IMG/VR virus record: IMGVR_UViG_3300012920_000022
Coordinates: 71,756 to 135,755 of that record
DNA: 64,000 bases
Reading direction: 5' to 3' (one strand)
DNA from: a virus
A model generated the notes under the pieces. The model worked only from the letters and a program-made list of their open reading frames with translations. It did not search any database and had not been told where the DNA came from. Shown piece after piece: positions 9,734 to 19,725 of this stretch (the stretch's first letter is position 1; each line of letters starts with the position of its first letter). Both the position numbers and the translations under genes were made by a program.

Positions 9734-12058
9734 ATGACTGATATAATAGAAATTCCAAATCTGGAGATCACCCTGAGATCTATAAAAAATAGTGATAAAT
9801 TACCAACTTTAACTGATAAATTAAACTGGAATTTTGATCAATTCCTAAATTTATATAATAAGCTTAAATTTATAACCACTGTTACTGGTAACAGAGGCAT
9901 ACCTGGGGCTACTGGAAGAGGTGAACAAGGTGAACAAGGTACAAGAGGAAGTAAAATAATATTTGAAAATAGGGTTATACAAGATACAGATCCTGTTACC
10001 AATCCGGATTTGAATATAGATGATGTAGTCATAGATTCTCAAGGAAATTATTTCACTATTATAGAAAATAATGGTTTAAAATATTCATTCTCATTCAACG
10101 TTGCTAGTGCATCCGCAGAAATATATTTGTTAACGTGGACTCAATTCCAAAGCATCAGCAATAAACCCATCATACAAAGGTTTGGTATTAATTCTGGTAC
10201 CCCCACTGATTTTTTGTTGCTCATGGGTAGGAGAACCAATAATGATGATAACGCAGAATTTTATAAATTAGCCGTTGGATTAGAAAATAATTCTACTTCA
10301 ATCCCATCATCATTAACAGTGTGTAATATAATAGATGATGTGGATGGTAATACTCAATCAGCACCAGATAATTTTTTCAACATAGCATTTAAGTATAGAA
10401 AACAATCTAATTTGTTACCATCATCATTTACATCTGGAATACAATATACCCAAGAAGCTGATGATATACCAGTATTAAAAATAAAAAATGTAATAGGAGA
10501 ATTAAATATATTATCTAATAGCAATGATCCAAATCTTAGCTATATATCTCATAATACTCCAAGAACCATATTTTGGGGATATGATCCATTACAAACCCAA
10601 AGTACATACTTTGAAATTAATGTAAACAGTAATGATAATATAAAATTATTATCATCAAAATCCACCGATATAATAGGAACTGGCACATTATCTACATTTG
10701 GATATAGTGTAATGTCATTACATGATGTTCAAGAATTCAACTATAATAACCTAAGCACACTTAGATTTAATAATATACCAAATGTATCAATAGAAGCTGA
10801 TACAATAAATCACAATTATACTGCTAATTTTAATAAGACTGCTAATTTTACCCAGGGTACTGGTACTATACCAAATGTTGGTTCTAATAATTTTGGTATA
10901 GAATTAAATGGTGATGGTAACTATTTTGAAGTAGGAACCCTTAGCTCCAATTCGGTTAAAAATATTGTTAGTATTTCATTACTGAGTGCATTAACTGGCA
11001 CTATAATATGGGTAAAAGTTGGCTCCACTGGTTCAGGTAATTTAAGAATTACTAAAAACATTGCTTCTACTAATTATATAATTGGTGCTCAAGATACATT
11101 ATATGATGAAATTGAAGGTAGTGGATCTTTTGTGTTAAGATTTGTAAGGGTTAAAGATCCATCCAATAATGCAGATTGTTGGTGGTATCTTGGTAGAGAA
11201 TCTGAAAATCAATACATAGGTACCAAAATAGTTAATAATATTACTGAAAGAAACAATTTATCCAGGTGGAATGGTAGAACTGTTCATGTTATAGATGCAT
11301 CCGCTGATCTGGGTCATACAGGATATGCCGGATACATGTGGGGGGGTGCTGGTTGGATCATTCAATATGATAGTAAGTTTGGTGGTACAAAAGTTGTTAA
11401 TGATATAGCCACTAGAAATTCATTGGTGGTTTGGGATGGTAGAACTGTTCATGTATTAAATGCAATATCGGATATCGGATATGCCGGATATGCCGGATAT
11501 GTTTATAACCCCACATATGGATGGATCATTCAATATAAACAAGTTCAACCAGAAGATAATACATTAATTGGTGCAATAGATGCATATGCTGGTGATAATG
11601 ATCCTAATGGTAAATGGTTAATATGTAATGGCAGGTCATTAAGTAGATTCACTTATTCAGATTTATTCAGTTTAATAGGAACCAGATTTGGTGCTACTTC
11701 TGCAACTACATTTAATTTACCAGATTTTAGGGGTAGATCACCCATAGGTGCTGGATCATTATTTGCTGGATGGGGTGGTGCATTTAACGTTGGTACAATT
11801 GATGGTGTCTATGCCCACGCATTAACCATTAGTCAAATGCCACCACACAATCATCAATTGTCAGGTTTTGTGAGTGGGTATAGACAAGTATCATCACCAC
11901 CTAATGGGGCACCATCTGGTATTGATAGTGGTGGGGGTGGTGCAGACGTGGGACTATGGAACATAAAACCATTTGCATCATCGTCTGGTAGTGGTCAGTT
12001 ACATAATAACCTGCACCCAGTTCTTGGTATTAACTTCATCATAAGAGTTTTACTGTGA
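9734..12058 (+). CDS. Tail fibre protein with collagen-like segment and C-terminal tail-collar domain
   Basis: GNRGIPGATGRGEQGEQGTRG; collar motif GAIDAYAG...WLICNGRSLSR..YSDLFSLIG..FG....FNLPDFRGR; HNH and HNNLHP tip motifs. Confidence 0.85.
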   Translation: MTDIIEIPNLEITLRSIKNSDKLPTLTDKLNWNFDQFLNLYNKLKFITTVTGNRGIPGATGRGEQGEQGTRGSKIIFENRVIQDTDPVTNPDLNIDDVVIDSQGNYFTIIENNGLKYSFSFNVASASAEIYLLTWTQFQSISNKPIIQRFGINSGTPTDFLLLMGRRTNNDDNAEFYKLAVGLENNSTSIPSSLTVCNIIDDVDGNTQSAPDNFFNIAFKYRKQSNLLPSSFTSGIQYTQEADDIPVLKIKNVIGELNILSNSNDPNLSYISHNTPRTIFWGYDPLQTQSTYFEINVNSNDNIKLLSSKSTDIIGTGTLSTFGYSVMSLHDVQEFNYNNLSTLRFNNIPNVSIEADTINHNYTANFNKTANFTQGTGTIPNVGSNNFGIELNGDGNYFEVGTLSSNSVKNIVSISLLSALTGTIIWVKVGSTGSGNLRITKNIASTNYIIGAQDTLYDEIEGSGSFVLRFVRVKDPSNNADCWWYLGRESENQYIGTKIVNNITERNNLSRWNGRTVHVIDASADLGHTGYAGYMWGGAGWIIQYDSKFGGTKVVNDIATRNSLVVWDGRTVHVLNAISDIGYAGYAGYVYNPTYGWIIQYKQVQPEDNTLIGAIDAYAGDNDPNGKWLICNGRSLSRFTYSDLFSLIGTRFGATSATTFNLPDFRGRSPIGAGSLFAGWGGAFNVGTIDGVYAHALTISQMPPHNHQLSGFVSGYRQVSSPPNGAPSGIDSGGGGADVGLWNIKPFASSSGSGQLHNNLHPVLGINFIIRVLL

Positions 12059-12271
12059 TGAAGTTAATATATTTTCAACTTTTGTTAATAAGTCTTTGTC
12101 ACTAAAGGAAGACTTATATTTGGTTTTAAGTACATTTAACCAAAAACTACCCTCTGAAAATTTTGTTTCCATTATTTCCAATATCCATAAAACCAATATA
12201 ACATCAGGGTTATGATCCATGGATAAATTTTCTCCCAGGAATTCTATATCAATTCGCTTTTTCTTTTCCAT
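12050..12271 (-). CDS. Hypothetical protein
   Basis: 73-aa ORF continuing the minus-strand operon. Confidence 0.55.
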   Translation of the reverse strand: MEKKKRIDIEFLGENLSMDHNPDVILVLWILEIMETKFSEGSFWLNVLKTKYKSSFSDKDLLTKVENILTSSQ

Positions 12272-12677
12272 TAATCATAGATTTTACAAAATCAGATCCT
12301 GCATTATATGATTCTAATTTCTTTTTTAAATGTTCTGCATACTCTGCATTCTTTTCTATATTTAATGCTAATTGTTCTACATGATCCTGATTATTGATCT
12401 TAGATATTATGTCTATAACATCTATCCTTGGGCATTTTGTCACCATATACCCCAACAGCAAATTCATATCATAATAATCTATTATTCTATTAACATTTTT
12501 ATTAAATACAGTATCAAAAAACACATTAACCTCTATCATGGGTCTTGTGTTCAAATAAGTTTCTAATAATGAATATAACTTATTTGATATTTTATATACC
12601 ATGATATATTTTTCTGGATTTTCCAGGATTTCTTCCCTGCTTATAGTTCCTTCTTCTACTTTTACGTTCTCATCCAT
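12249..12677 (-). CDS. Hypothetical protein
   Basis: 142-aa ORF 4 nt downstream of the 693-aa gene. Confidence 0.7.
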   Translation of the reverse strand: MDENVKVEEGTISREEILENPEKYIMVYKISNKLYSLLETYLNTRPMIEVNVFFDTVFNKNVNRIIDYYDMNLLLGYMVTKCPRIDVIDIISKINNQDHVEQLALNIEKNAEYAEHLKKKLESYNAGSDFVKSMINGKEKAN

Positions 12678-12681
12678 ATTT

Positions 12682-14763
12682 TTAAATTATAGAATAAATG
12701 AATTTTAAATCGATATTATTGGTACATGTTATTATAATTTCTGGTTTCTCAATACCATTTAATTCATTATATTGTATTGCTACAACCCTTTTTGAATAAT
12801 TGCTAGGTAATGAAAATCTATTGGGTTTATCAGTATATATTATTAGTCCAAAATTATTGAAATCTATTTTTTCATTAATTTTTATTGATAATATTTGACC
12901 ATTATTCCATCTGTTAGTAGTATCATCAATAAACAAAACTAAGTTTTGTTTCATTATTCTAGTTTGATCATCATTATGCAAAATTAATGTGTCATATATT
13001 CCAAGGTTATATGAGTTAAGTCTTGACGATTCACTACCAGAAATATTAAATTTGGTATTGATTACCGAAGAATATCTTTGTCTGGTGTTGCTAATAACAA
13101 TATTGTTACCATCATTATTGACTGATATTCCTCTAATGCCAATTATATTGAATAAACTATCAATGGAAACAGAGGTTTGACCAGATAATATCTCATTAAT
13201 TTTTGTGGTTATTTCATCAATTTTTCCACTAAAGTCAACCTCCCCGACTTCTAATATAGATTCTAATATGGAATTTATTTGTTGCTGCATACCATTATTA
13301 ACAAGAGATTGATTAGTCAGTTCTAATTGATTAATCCTTTCTCTCATTTCATTATTCTCAAGTATAAGTCTTTCCACATTTCTTGTTAATGCCGATATTT
13401 TAGTTACTGCTTCTGCAAATAATTGAGTAGAAAATGTATTATAATCATTTACATTAACTTCCACGTCGGGTATGACATTATCAGCATTAACATCAAATTT
13501 CAATGATAATCTTACTCCATATGATGTTCCATTCTTTTTTAATAAAGGATCTGGTTTTACTTTGGTTATGGTTGGGATTTTTGCCGCTGCTGTACTAAAG
13601 GATTCAAGATCTTCTAAAAATAGTATACCAAATAAGTTATGAGTACTACCATCTTCTGGTCTATTTTCATCAAATAATTCATAATATATCAATATTGCAT
13701 TAAATTCATAATCTTTTGATTTATCCAATGCTGCATAATCATAGAAATTAAGAAGATTTCCAAAATCCTGGAAATCTTTATACGATGATGTGTCAAATTC
13801 AATTGATATACCATCCAATCTATTACGAACATAATCTATGGTTTTTCCACTACCACTATCTGTTCTATTGATTTCATCATTGCTGGAATCATTAAAATCA
13901 ATATCTGTGTAATATGCATTTTCACCATTTACTGATTGATCCTTAAACCAATACTCATTTGGTGTTCCATTACTAGTATAATCATATGATCCAGTCGGAA
14001 CATCCATATCATAGAATGCTCTAACATCTAGACCAGCATTACTTGGATTATTAGAACTGCTTTGACCTTGAATAAATTCTATATTATCGCTACCAGTTTG
14101 TTGGATAAATTTACTTGGATGGTAATTTTCATCTGATATGGTTTTAAATAAACACACTGGTGTATCACCACACTGAGTTGGCAATGTCATTAATATTTCC
14201 TTAAATGCATTAAATTCATTTCTATAATTATTTTCTTGGCTTATTTCTCCTATGAATTTAACCACTCTATTGTATAATGATGAATCATCTTCCTCAACAT
14301 ATCTATTTTCTACCAACGATTCATCACTAGTAGAATCTCTAAATCTTATCGCACCTATTTCTTTCAACCATTTCCAAAATACTCTTTCTGATACATTAAG
14401 TGTATTATCAGAATTATAATTTGGTTGTTTTGTTAACAATGTTTCTAAATTTAGTGCATAATTTTGAAAAGATTCCACAAAATCAAATCTATCTCCCTCT
14501 GGTGGTGGTGATGCTACACTTAGTCCTTTTGTGAAATGACCCTCTATGTTTTCGAATTGTATATTATTATTACCAGCTGATTCTTGTATTGGTGGGATTT
14601 CCAGCATAATAAATTTACTAAAATTAAATTTAACGTTGCTATTATTAAATGCTGATAGAGTTAAATCTTCACTTGCAGATGGGAAGGTTATAAATGTACC
14701 TTTTTTACCAAGTTTAGTTATGAGAGGAGTATTTATCATTTTATATTTATTTATTACTGACAT
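12682..14763 (-). CDS. Probable virion structural protein with coiled-coil segment
   Basis: 693-aa acidic ORF with a heptad region (LTRNVERLILENNEMRERINQLEL); true start may be Met9 at 14739, just after a TAATAAATA motif. Confidence 0.55.
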   Translation of the reverse strand: MSVINKYKMINTPLITKLGKKGTFITFPSASEDLTLSAFNNSNVKFNFSKFIMLEIPPIQESAGNNNIQFENIEGHFTKGLSVASPPPEGDRFDFVESFQNYALNLETLLTKQPNYNSDNTLNVSERVFWKWLKEIGAIRFRDSTSDESLVENRYVEEDDSSLYNRVVKFIGEISQENNYRNEFNAFKEILMTLPTQCGDTPVCLFKTISDENYHPSKFIQQTGSDNIEFIQGQSSSNNPSNAGLDVRAFYDMDVPTGSYDYTSNGTPNEYWFKDQSVNGENAYYTDIDFNDSSNDEINRTDSGSGKTIDYVRNRLDGISIEFDTSSYKDFQDFGNLLNFYDYAALDKSKDYEFNAILIYYELFDENRPEDGSTHNLFGILFLEDLESFSTAAAKIPTITKVKPDPLLKKNGTSYGVRLSLKFDVNADNVIPDVEVNVNDYNTFSTQLFAEAVTKISALTRNVERLILENNEMRERINQLELTNQSLVNNGMQQQINSILESILEVGEVDFSGKIDEITTKINEILSGQTSVSIDSLFNIIGIRGISVNNDGNNIVISNTRQRYSSVINTKFNISGSESSRLNSYNLGIYDTLILHNDDQTRIMKQNLVLFIDDTTNRWNNGQILSIKINEKIDFNNFGLIIYTDKPNRFSLPSNYSKRVVAIQYNELNGIEKPEIIITCTNNIDLKFIYSII

Positions 14764-14844
14764 ACTGTCAGTTTGTGTAATTTGGCACGATTTTTGTAAT
14801 ATTTTATGTAAAGATTTTTTAACTTATAAATTATTAATATCATG
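14756..14844 (+). promoter_or_regulatory. Regulatory cassette copy 1: TGACA-N3-TGTCA palindrome + sigma54-like element + conserved leader
   Basis: ACTGACATACTGTCAGT (14756-14772), TGGCACGATTTTTGTAA at 14783, leader identical to the copy at 24454-24517. Confidence 0.85.
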
Positions 14845-15456
14845 AAATCATTGAAACGTATAGATCCATTGAATTTAGTTCACGTATTAGATGTAATTGA
14901 TGTAAATCCAGAAGAAATAAAGCATGAGATATCTAATGCTCATGTCATTTATCATGGTAATTTCATGAAACAACTACATGGATATGATTGTAAATCTTTG
15001 GTTGCTGTAAATGATGAGGGTGAATTTTACATAGTATTAGATAATGACGGTTATCAAACCATTAAAATGTCTGATAAACAAATTGAGTTACTAAGACAGG
15101 AAATAAAAAGACCATTTAGCTCCAGCGATTATAATATACATATTGTATTGTGGAATGAGATTGATTATTCCAGCGTGGGTGATATATCATCCTTCTATGA
15201 TGAATGTGATGAACCAGCAAAAGAATGGTTGAAATGGGCAAATGCCAATTATTATTGTGAAAAATGTATAGCTGGTGAAACAACCATATTCATAGAATAT
15301 CACAGAAGCAAACGACCTACCGAAGAAAATGATTGGAGTGAGGGTAAGGTGAGAATGAAGGTAACCAATCTTGATAATGGTAATTTTGCCATTGGTAAAA
15401 TAAATGATGAATCAACTGATATAGTTAAAATCATATCAGAAGCAATCAATAGCTAA
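14842..15456 (+). CDS. Unknown paralog family member A
   Basis: Shares IDPLNL, YHG, AVNDEGEFY and KVTNLDNG motifs with ORFs at 21457, 22241 and 22993. Confidence 0.75.
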   Translation: MKSLKRIDPLNLVHVLDVIDVNPEEIKHEISNAHVIYHGNFMKQLHGYDCKSLVAVNDEGEFYIVLDNDGYQTIKMSDKQIELLRQEIKRPFSSSDYNIHIVLWNEIDYSSVGDISSFYDECDEPAKEWLKWANANYYCEKCIAGETTIFIEYHRSKRPTEENDWSEGKVRMKVTNLDNGNFAIGKINDESTDIVKIISEAINS

Positions 15457-15482
15457 TTATTTTAAAAATATCAGTTAATCTA

Positions 15483-15514
15483 TAGAGATTGCATCTATTA
15501 TGGTGTAATCTCTA
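15483..15514 (+). terminator. Probable terminator hairpin
   Basis: TAGAGATTGCATC-tattat-GGTGTAATCTCTA: 13-bp stem with two G-U pairs, intergenic, weak U-tract. Confidence 0.55.
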
Positions 15515-15537
15515 CATATATATTAAATATTACATAT

Positions 15538-16218
15538 ATGAAAAACGAAGAAATATTGAAAATATTGAAACATATAAATGATCCAATTTCCCTCGATAGT
15601 CTTTTTGCGACTATTAAAAAAGATCGCATTAAATATAATGGTGAAGTTGCTAAAATTATTAAGGAAAAATTTATATTTTACTGTATAAAATATAAATTAG
15701 AAATTAAACACTTGAAAAAGATTACTGAACTGAATCTATCAGATACTATTGGTGATCATTTTGAATTACCACCATCAATAGATGTTATGGTTAATTTAAA
15801 GAAGTTGGTTATAAATAATACCAGGATAGTGAGTTTACCAGAATCGATGTGTAAATTGAAAAAATTAGAAAGATTATCTTTAAACCGCAACCAAATTATA
15901 AATTTACCAAATTCCATTGGTAAATTGAAAAATCTGGAGAGACTATCATTAAATGACAACCAAATTATAAGTTTACCAAATTCCATTGGTAAACTAAAAA
16001 AATTAAAGTACTTGTCTTTGCGTAATAATAGATTATCAAAATTGCCATCCACTATCAATAAATTAACTAATTTAATGGTAATGTATCTAGATAATAATGA
16101 ATTGGAAGAATTGCCATTTGAGGACATTGGACTTACAGAACTAACACTTAATGGTAATATCATCGACACCAGCAGAGAAATTAAATGGATCTATGGTTGG
16201 GAAAAACCATGGATATGA
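15538..16218 (+). CDS. LRR protein (LRR-5)
   Basis: LERLSLNxNQIxxLPNSIGKLK repeats; variant N-cap with FIFYCIKY. Confidence 0.92.
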   Translation: MKNEEILKILKHINDPISLDSLFATIKKDRIKYNGEVAKIIKEKFIFYCIKYKLEIKHLKKITELNLSDTIGDHFELPPSIDVMVNLKKLVINNTRIVSLPESMCKLKKLERLSLNRNQIINLPNSIGKLKNLERLSLNDNQIISLPNSIGKLKKLKYLSLRNNRLSKLPSTINKLTNLMVMYLDNNELEELPFEDIGLTELTLNGNIIDTSREIKWIYGWEKPWI

Positions 16219-16269
16219 TCTGTTTTAATTTCTAGTAACCCAATTATATACCAATAAATTTATGATATT

Positions 16270-16927
16270 ATGACAAGTAAAGAAATAGTAGATATACTAA
16301 CTACCATAAATGATCCCATTATTATTGATAGTCTTTTTGCGACTATTAAATATAAAAATATTAAATATAATGGTAAGGTCAGAAATATGATTAGAAAACA
16401 TTTCATATACTATTGTATTAAATATGAACTAGAGGTTAAATATCTGAGAAAAATTACTATTTTAAACCTATCAGGTAGTATAGGTTTACATCATGAATTG
16501 CCTTCACCCATAGATGTTATGGTTAATCTAGAAAAGTTAGTTATACAAAATACAAAGATGGTTACCTTACCAGAATCAATTGGTAATCTTAAAAGATTAA
16601 AATCACTATGTCTAAATAATAATAGGCTGGTTACCTTACCAGAATCAATTGGTAATCTTAAAAGACTGAACTTTTTATATTTGAATAATAATCAACTTAC
16701 AGAATTACCAAATACGATTGGTAAGCTAAAAATATATGAGCTATATTTGAATAATAATCAACTTACAGAATTGCCAAATACCATCAGTAATTTAACCAAT
16801 TTTAAATGTATTACATTTGAACAACAATCAGCTCATAGATTTACCATCAACTGATAATATGGAGTGGTTGGTTGAATTACTGCTAGATAATAATATAATG
16901 GATAATAGTAGACAATTTAAATTATGA
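16270..16927 (+). pseudogene. LRR-6, paralog of LRR-5 with a +1 frameshift near the 3' end
   Basis: Removing one T from the run at 16800-16803 restores NLNVLHLNNNQLIDLP...LLLDNNIMDNSRQFKL ending at TGA 16925-16927, parallel to the LRR-5 C-terminus; as written the ORF ends at 16854. Confidence 0.75.
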
Positions 16928-16978
16928 TGACTATTTTCTAGTATTATCCGATAGAATAATACTAAACATTTTTGATAC

Positions 16979-17536
16979 ATGACTGAAAAATTACATGATC
17001 TATTAGTTGCTGATGATATTAAATATGTACATTTAGCATTTGTCATGATTAAAGGAAATCCACATCTTATAACAAAAGATATTATACCATATTTGAAAAT
17101 ATATCCATGGATGTGTCTAGAATATGGTATATTGATGGAGGACTATAAAAAGGAATCTTCTATATATTTAACTAATTCAAATAATAGTTGTTTACCCGAT
17201 AGATTATTTGATCTTACAAACATAACTGAACTATATTTATATCATAATCAGATTAGTGAATTACCAAAATCATTGTTGAAATTACATAAATTACATAAAT
17301 TATCATTGAGTGGTAATTTAATATATGATCTACCAAATTGGATAATCGATCTAAAATATCTTAAAGTATTAGATATATCCAATAATCCTCTCCCAGATAT
17401 TCCACAAGTTTTATTTAATAACCATAATTTAACAGAAATTATTTTACCTAAAGGTTTGAGATACAGTTTCCATGTACATGTTATTGACAAACCATCAATT
17501 AGAACAAAATTAGAACAAATTTTTAAATTTACTTAA
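16979..17536 (+). CDS. LRR protein (LRR-7), 185 aa
   Basis: N-cap LLVADDIKYVHLAF...YPWMCLEYG plus about 4 LRRs. Confidence 0.9.
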   Translation: MTEKLHDLLVADDIKYVHLAFVMIKGNPHLITKDIIPYLKIYPWMCLEYGILMEDYKKESSIYLTNSNNSCLPDRLFDLTNITELYLYHNQISELPKSLLKLHKLHKLSLSGNLIYDLPNWIIDLKYLKVLDISNNPLPDIPQVLFNNHNLTEIILPKGLRYSFHVHVIDKPSIRTKLEQIFKFT

Positions 17537-17537
17537 T

Positions 17538-18095
17538 ATGAAGGAAGAACACAATATATTATCACTGATAAAATCTGGTATAGAATCAAATATTAGATTG
17601 GCTTTTACATTAATTAAAAATGTTGGTATTATTTCGGAAGATATAGTGTCATATGTGAGAAATTATCCATGGTTGTGTTTAGAATATGACGTAGAAATTA
17701 ATCATTTAATGAAACAATCCAGCCTATATTTGGTGAATACTGACAACACATGTGTACCTGATGGTCTAAGTTCATTAGTAAATTTGAAAGAAATAAATTT
17801 GTTTGATAATAAAATAACAGAATTACCAGAATTTATAATGAAACTAATCAATCTATCAACCATTAATGTTTCAAATAATTGTCTAAATAAAATACCCGAA
17901 TGGATAGTAAAACTCCCAAATTTAAGAAATTTGGACATATACTGTAATCCCTTATATGATATGCCACTATTTCTATTACATGACAATAATATAAGTAATA
18001 TAACTATGTCATTTGATTGTAAATATCATTTCTATCCATATGCGCATGATAATCCACATATAAAACATAATCTAAAGAAATTCAACTTTTTCTAA
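17538..18095 (+). CDS. LRR protein (LRR-8), 185 aa
   Basis: N-cap LIKSGIESNIRLAF...YPWLCLEY; colinear with LRR-7. Confidence 0.9.
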   Translation: MKEEHNILSLIKSGIESNIRLAFTLIKNVGIISEDIVSYVRNYPWLCLEYDVEINHLMKQSSLYLVNTDNTCVPDGLSSLVNLKEINLFDNKITELPEFIMKLINLSTINVSNNCLNKIPEWIVKLPNLRNLDIYCNPLYDMPLFLLHDNNISNITMSFDCKYHFYPYAHDNPHIKHNLKKFNFF

Positions 18096-18652
18096 TGGAA
18101 GATTTTACTGATAAACTACTGGAATTATTAAAATCCGATGATGAATCTAATGTAAAAACTGCTCTTAATATAATGCAAGGTGATATACCATGTGATATAC
18201 AAAGATTATCACCATATTTGAATCATTATCCGGATCTTTGCTTAGATTATAGTATAACGGATTGGATGTTAAATCGTAAAGAAATATTCATAGTAAACAC
18301 CAAACTTGAAAAATTACATCAAAATATAGGTAAGTTAATAAATCTTAAAAGACTGTATTTATACAATAATAATTTATAAGAATTACCAAATGAATTATCC
18401 GAACTAGTAAATCTTGAGAGATTAGATTTACATGGTAATAAATTAACTCATCTATCAGGATGGATTATGAATATGCCTAATTTGAAATACCTGGATATAA
18501 GTGAAAACCCATTATTAGATGTGCCAACTGCGATATTTAGGGATCATAAACTAAAGGAAGTTATATTACCACTTAGATTAAAAATAAGTTTTGGTATCCA
18601 TGCATACAGACACGGTAAATTTAAATCAAAAACGCTATATAGATTTTTGTAA
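18095..18652 (+). pseudogene. LRR-9 with in-frame TAA
   Basis: TAA at 18377-18379 interrupts NNNL*ELPNELSELVNLERLDLHGN; read-through gives 558 nt, the same length as LRR-7 and LRR-8. Confidence 0.85.
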
Positions 18653-18958
18653 TTTTATTATTCTATCAATTATATGTTTTTCCACCATCCTATCATTATC
18701 CCATAGTTCACTAGATATGCAACAATATGTCCCACAATTTGTTAAATTATATTTACCGGATCTTATCAACTTTATCAAGTCATGATGGGTTTTTATAAAT
18801 TCATCATCCGATGGATTATTAATAAATTTATTATGAAATGCTTGGATTTTTTGATTTTCTTTATTGATAAATAGCATGGATTCATAATTAAACCAAAATT
18901 TTTGGTTTAATTCATCTCCACATTTATCATCTGGTGTGTAATCTTCCCATATATTCAT
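18635..18958 (-). CDS. Hypothetical protein
   Basis: 107-aa ORF with ATGA-type overlap to the upstream gene. Confidence 0.6.
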   Translation of the reverse strand: MNIWEDYTPDDKCGDELNQKFWFNYESMLFINKENQKIQAFHNKFINNPSDDEFIKTHHDLIKLIRSGKYNLTNCGTYCCISSELWDNDRMVEKHIIDRIIKLQKSI

Positions 18959-19404
18959 ATTAGACTAATTATTTCATGAAAATCGTTTTTATTGTAATAT
19001 TTGTGAAAACTGTTTTCCCTGTTTTTTCTATCTATACATAAAAATTCAATATCCCCATCATCATCAATAATAATATTTTTACTATGGGTATTATTATTAA
19101 AATATATCAATATTTCACCATCACCCGTTCTTGATATGGTAAAGTCGATTTTGTTATTGTTAAATAATAAAACAAATTTGTTATTTAACAATAACAAAAT
19201 CGACTTATTTTTGAAATCTAATAGTGAATAAATTTTAAAGACTTCTGCCGATTTATTTAATGCAAAATTTACCACGCAGTTGTTAAAATTTTGATAATAT
19301 GATAACTCATTCATCATTATGGTTATTGACATCATGCGCCTGATATTGTCTATTTGAGTAACCATATCAATGTATGCAACTAAACATATTATTAATATTA
19401 TCAT
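18955..19404 (-). CDS. Hypothetical protein
   Basis: 149-aa ORF overlapping both neighbours by 4 nt. Confidence 0.6.
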   Translation of the reverse strand: MIILIICLVAYIDMVTQIDNIRRMMSITIMMNELSYYQNFNNCVVNFALNKSAEVFKIYSLLDFKNKSILLLLNNKFVLLFNNNKIDFTISRTGDGEILIYFNNNTHSKNIIIDDDGDIEFLCIDRKNRENSFHKYYNKNDFHEIISLI

Positions 19405-19685
19405 ATTTTAGACTCTTTATCAAAATTAAAATATGATTCACGACCTCTTCTAGAAACACCAAATTTAGGGAATCTAACATCTTTTATACCCATCATATCC
19501 AAATATACATATGGGTTATGCCAACTGATATTTTTGCCAACTGATAATTGATTATGGACATTGGCTGGTATTTTTGCCCTAATCATAATATATTCATCAT
19601 TGGTTTTCATTAAAAATTTTACTACATCTTCTTTTACAGTTTCTTCGCTGATTTTACACCAATTTACTATGACACCTGATATCAT
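19401..19685 (-). CDS. Hypothetical protein
   Basis: 94-aa ORF. Confidence 0.6.
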   Translation of the reverse strand: MISGVIVNWCKISEETVKEDVVKFLMKTNDEYIMIRAKIPANVHNQLSVGKNISWHNPYVYLDMMGIKDVRFPKFGVSRRGRESYFNFDKESKI

Positions 19686-19725
19686 TGTTTTCTAAAAAAT
19701 TTTTAATTTTTACTATTCTTTTTAT

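Noticed and set aside
18377-18379. Stop-codon reassignment or ochre suppression by the tRNA-like RNA
   Set aside because: TAA, TAG and TGA all end genes cleanly and core genes are intact in the standard code; TTA is not at a canonical anticodon position in the 32256 element
15538-18652. Diversity-generating retroelement acting on the LRR genes
   Set aside because: No reverse transcriptase and no template/variable repeat pair differing only at adenines was seen in this window
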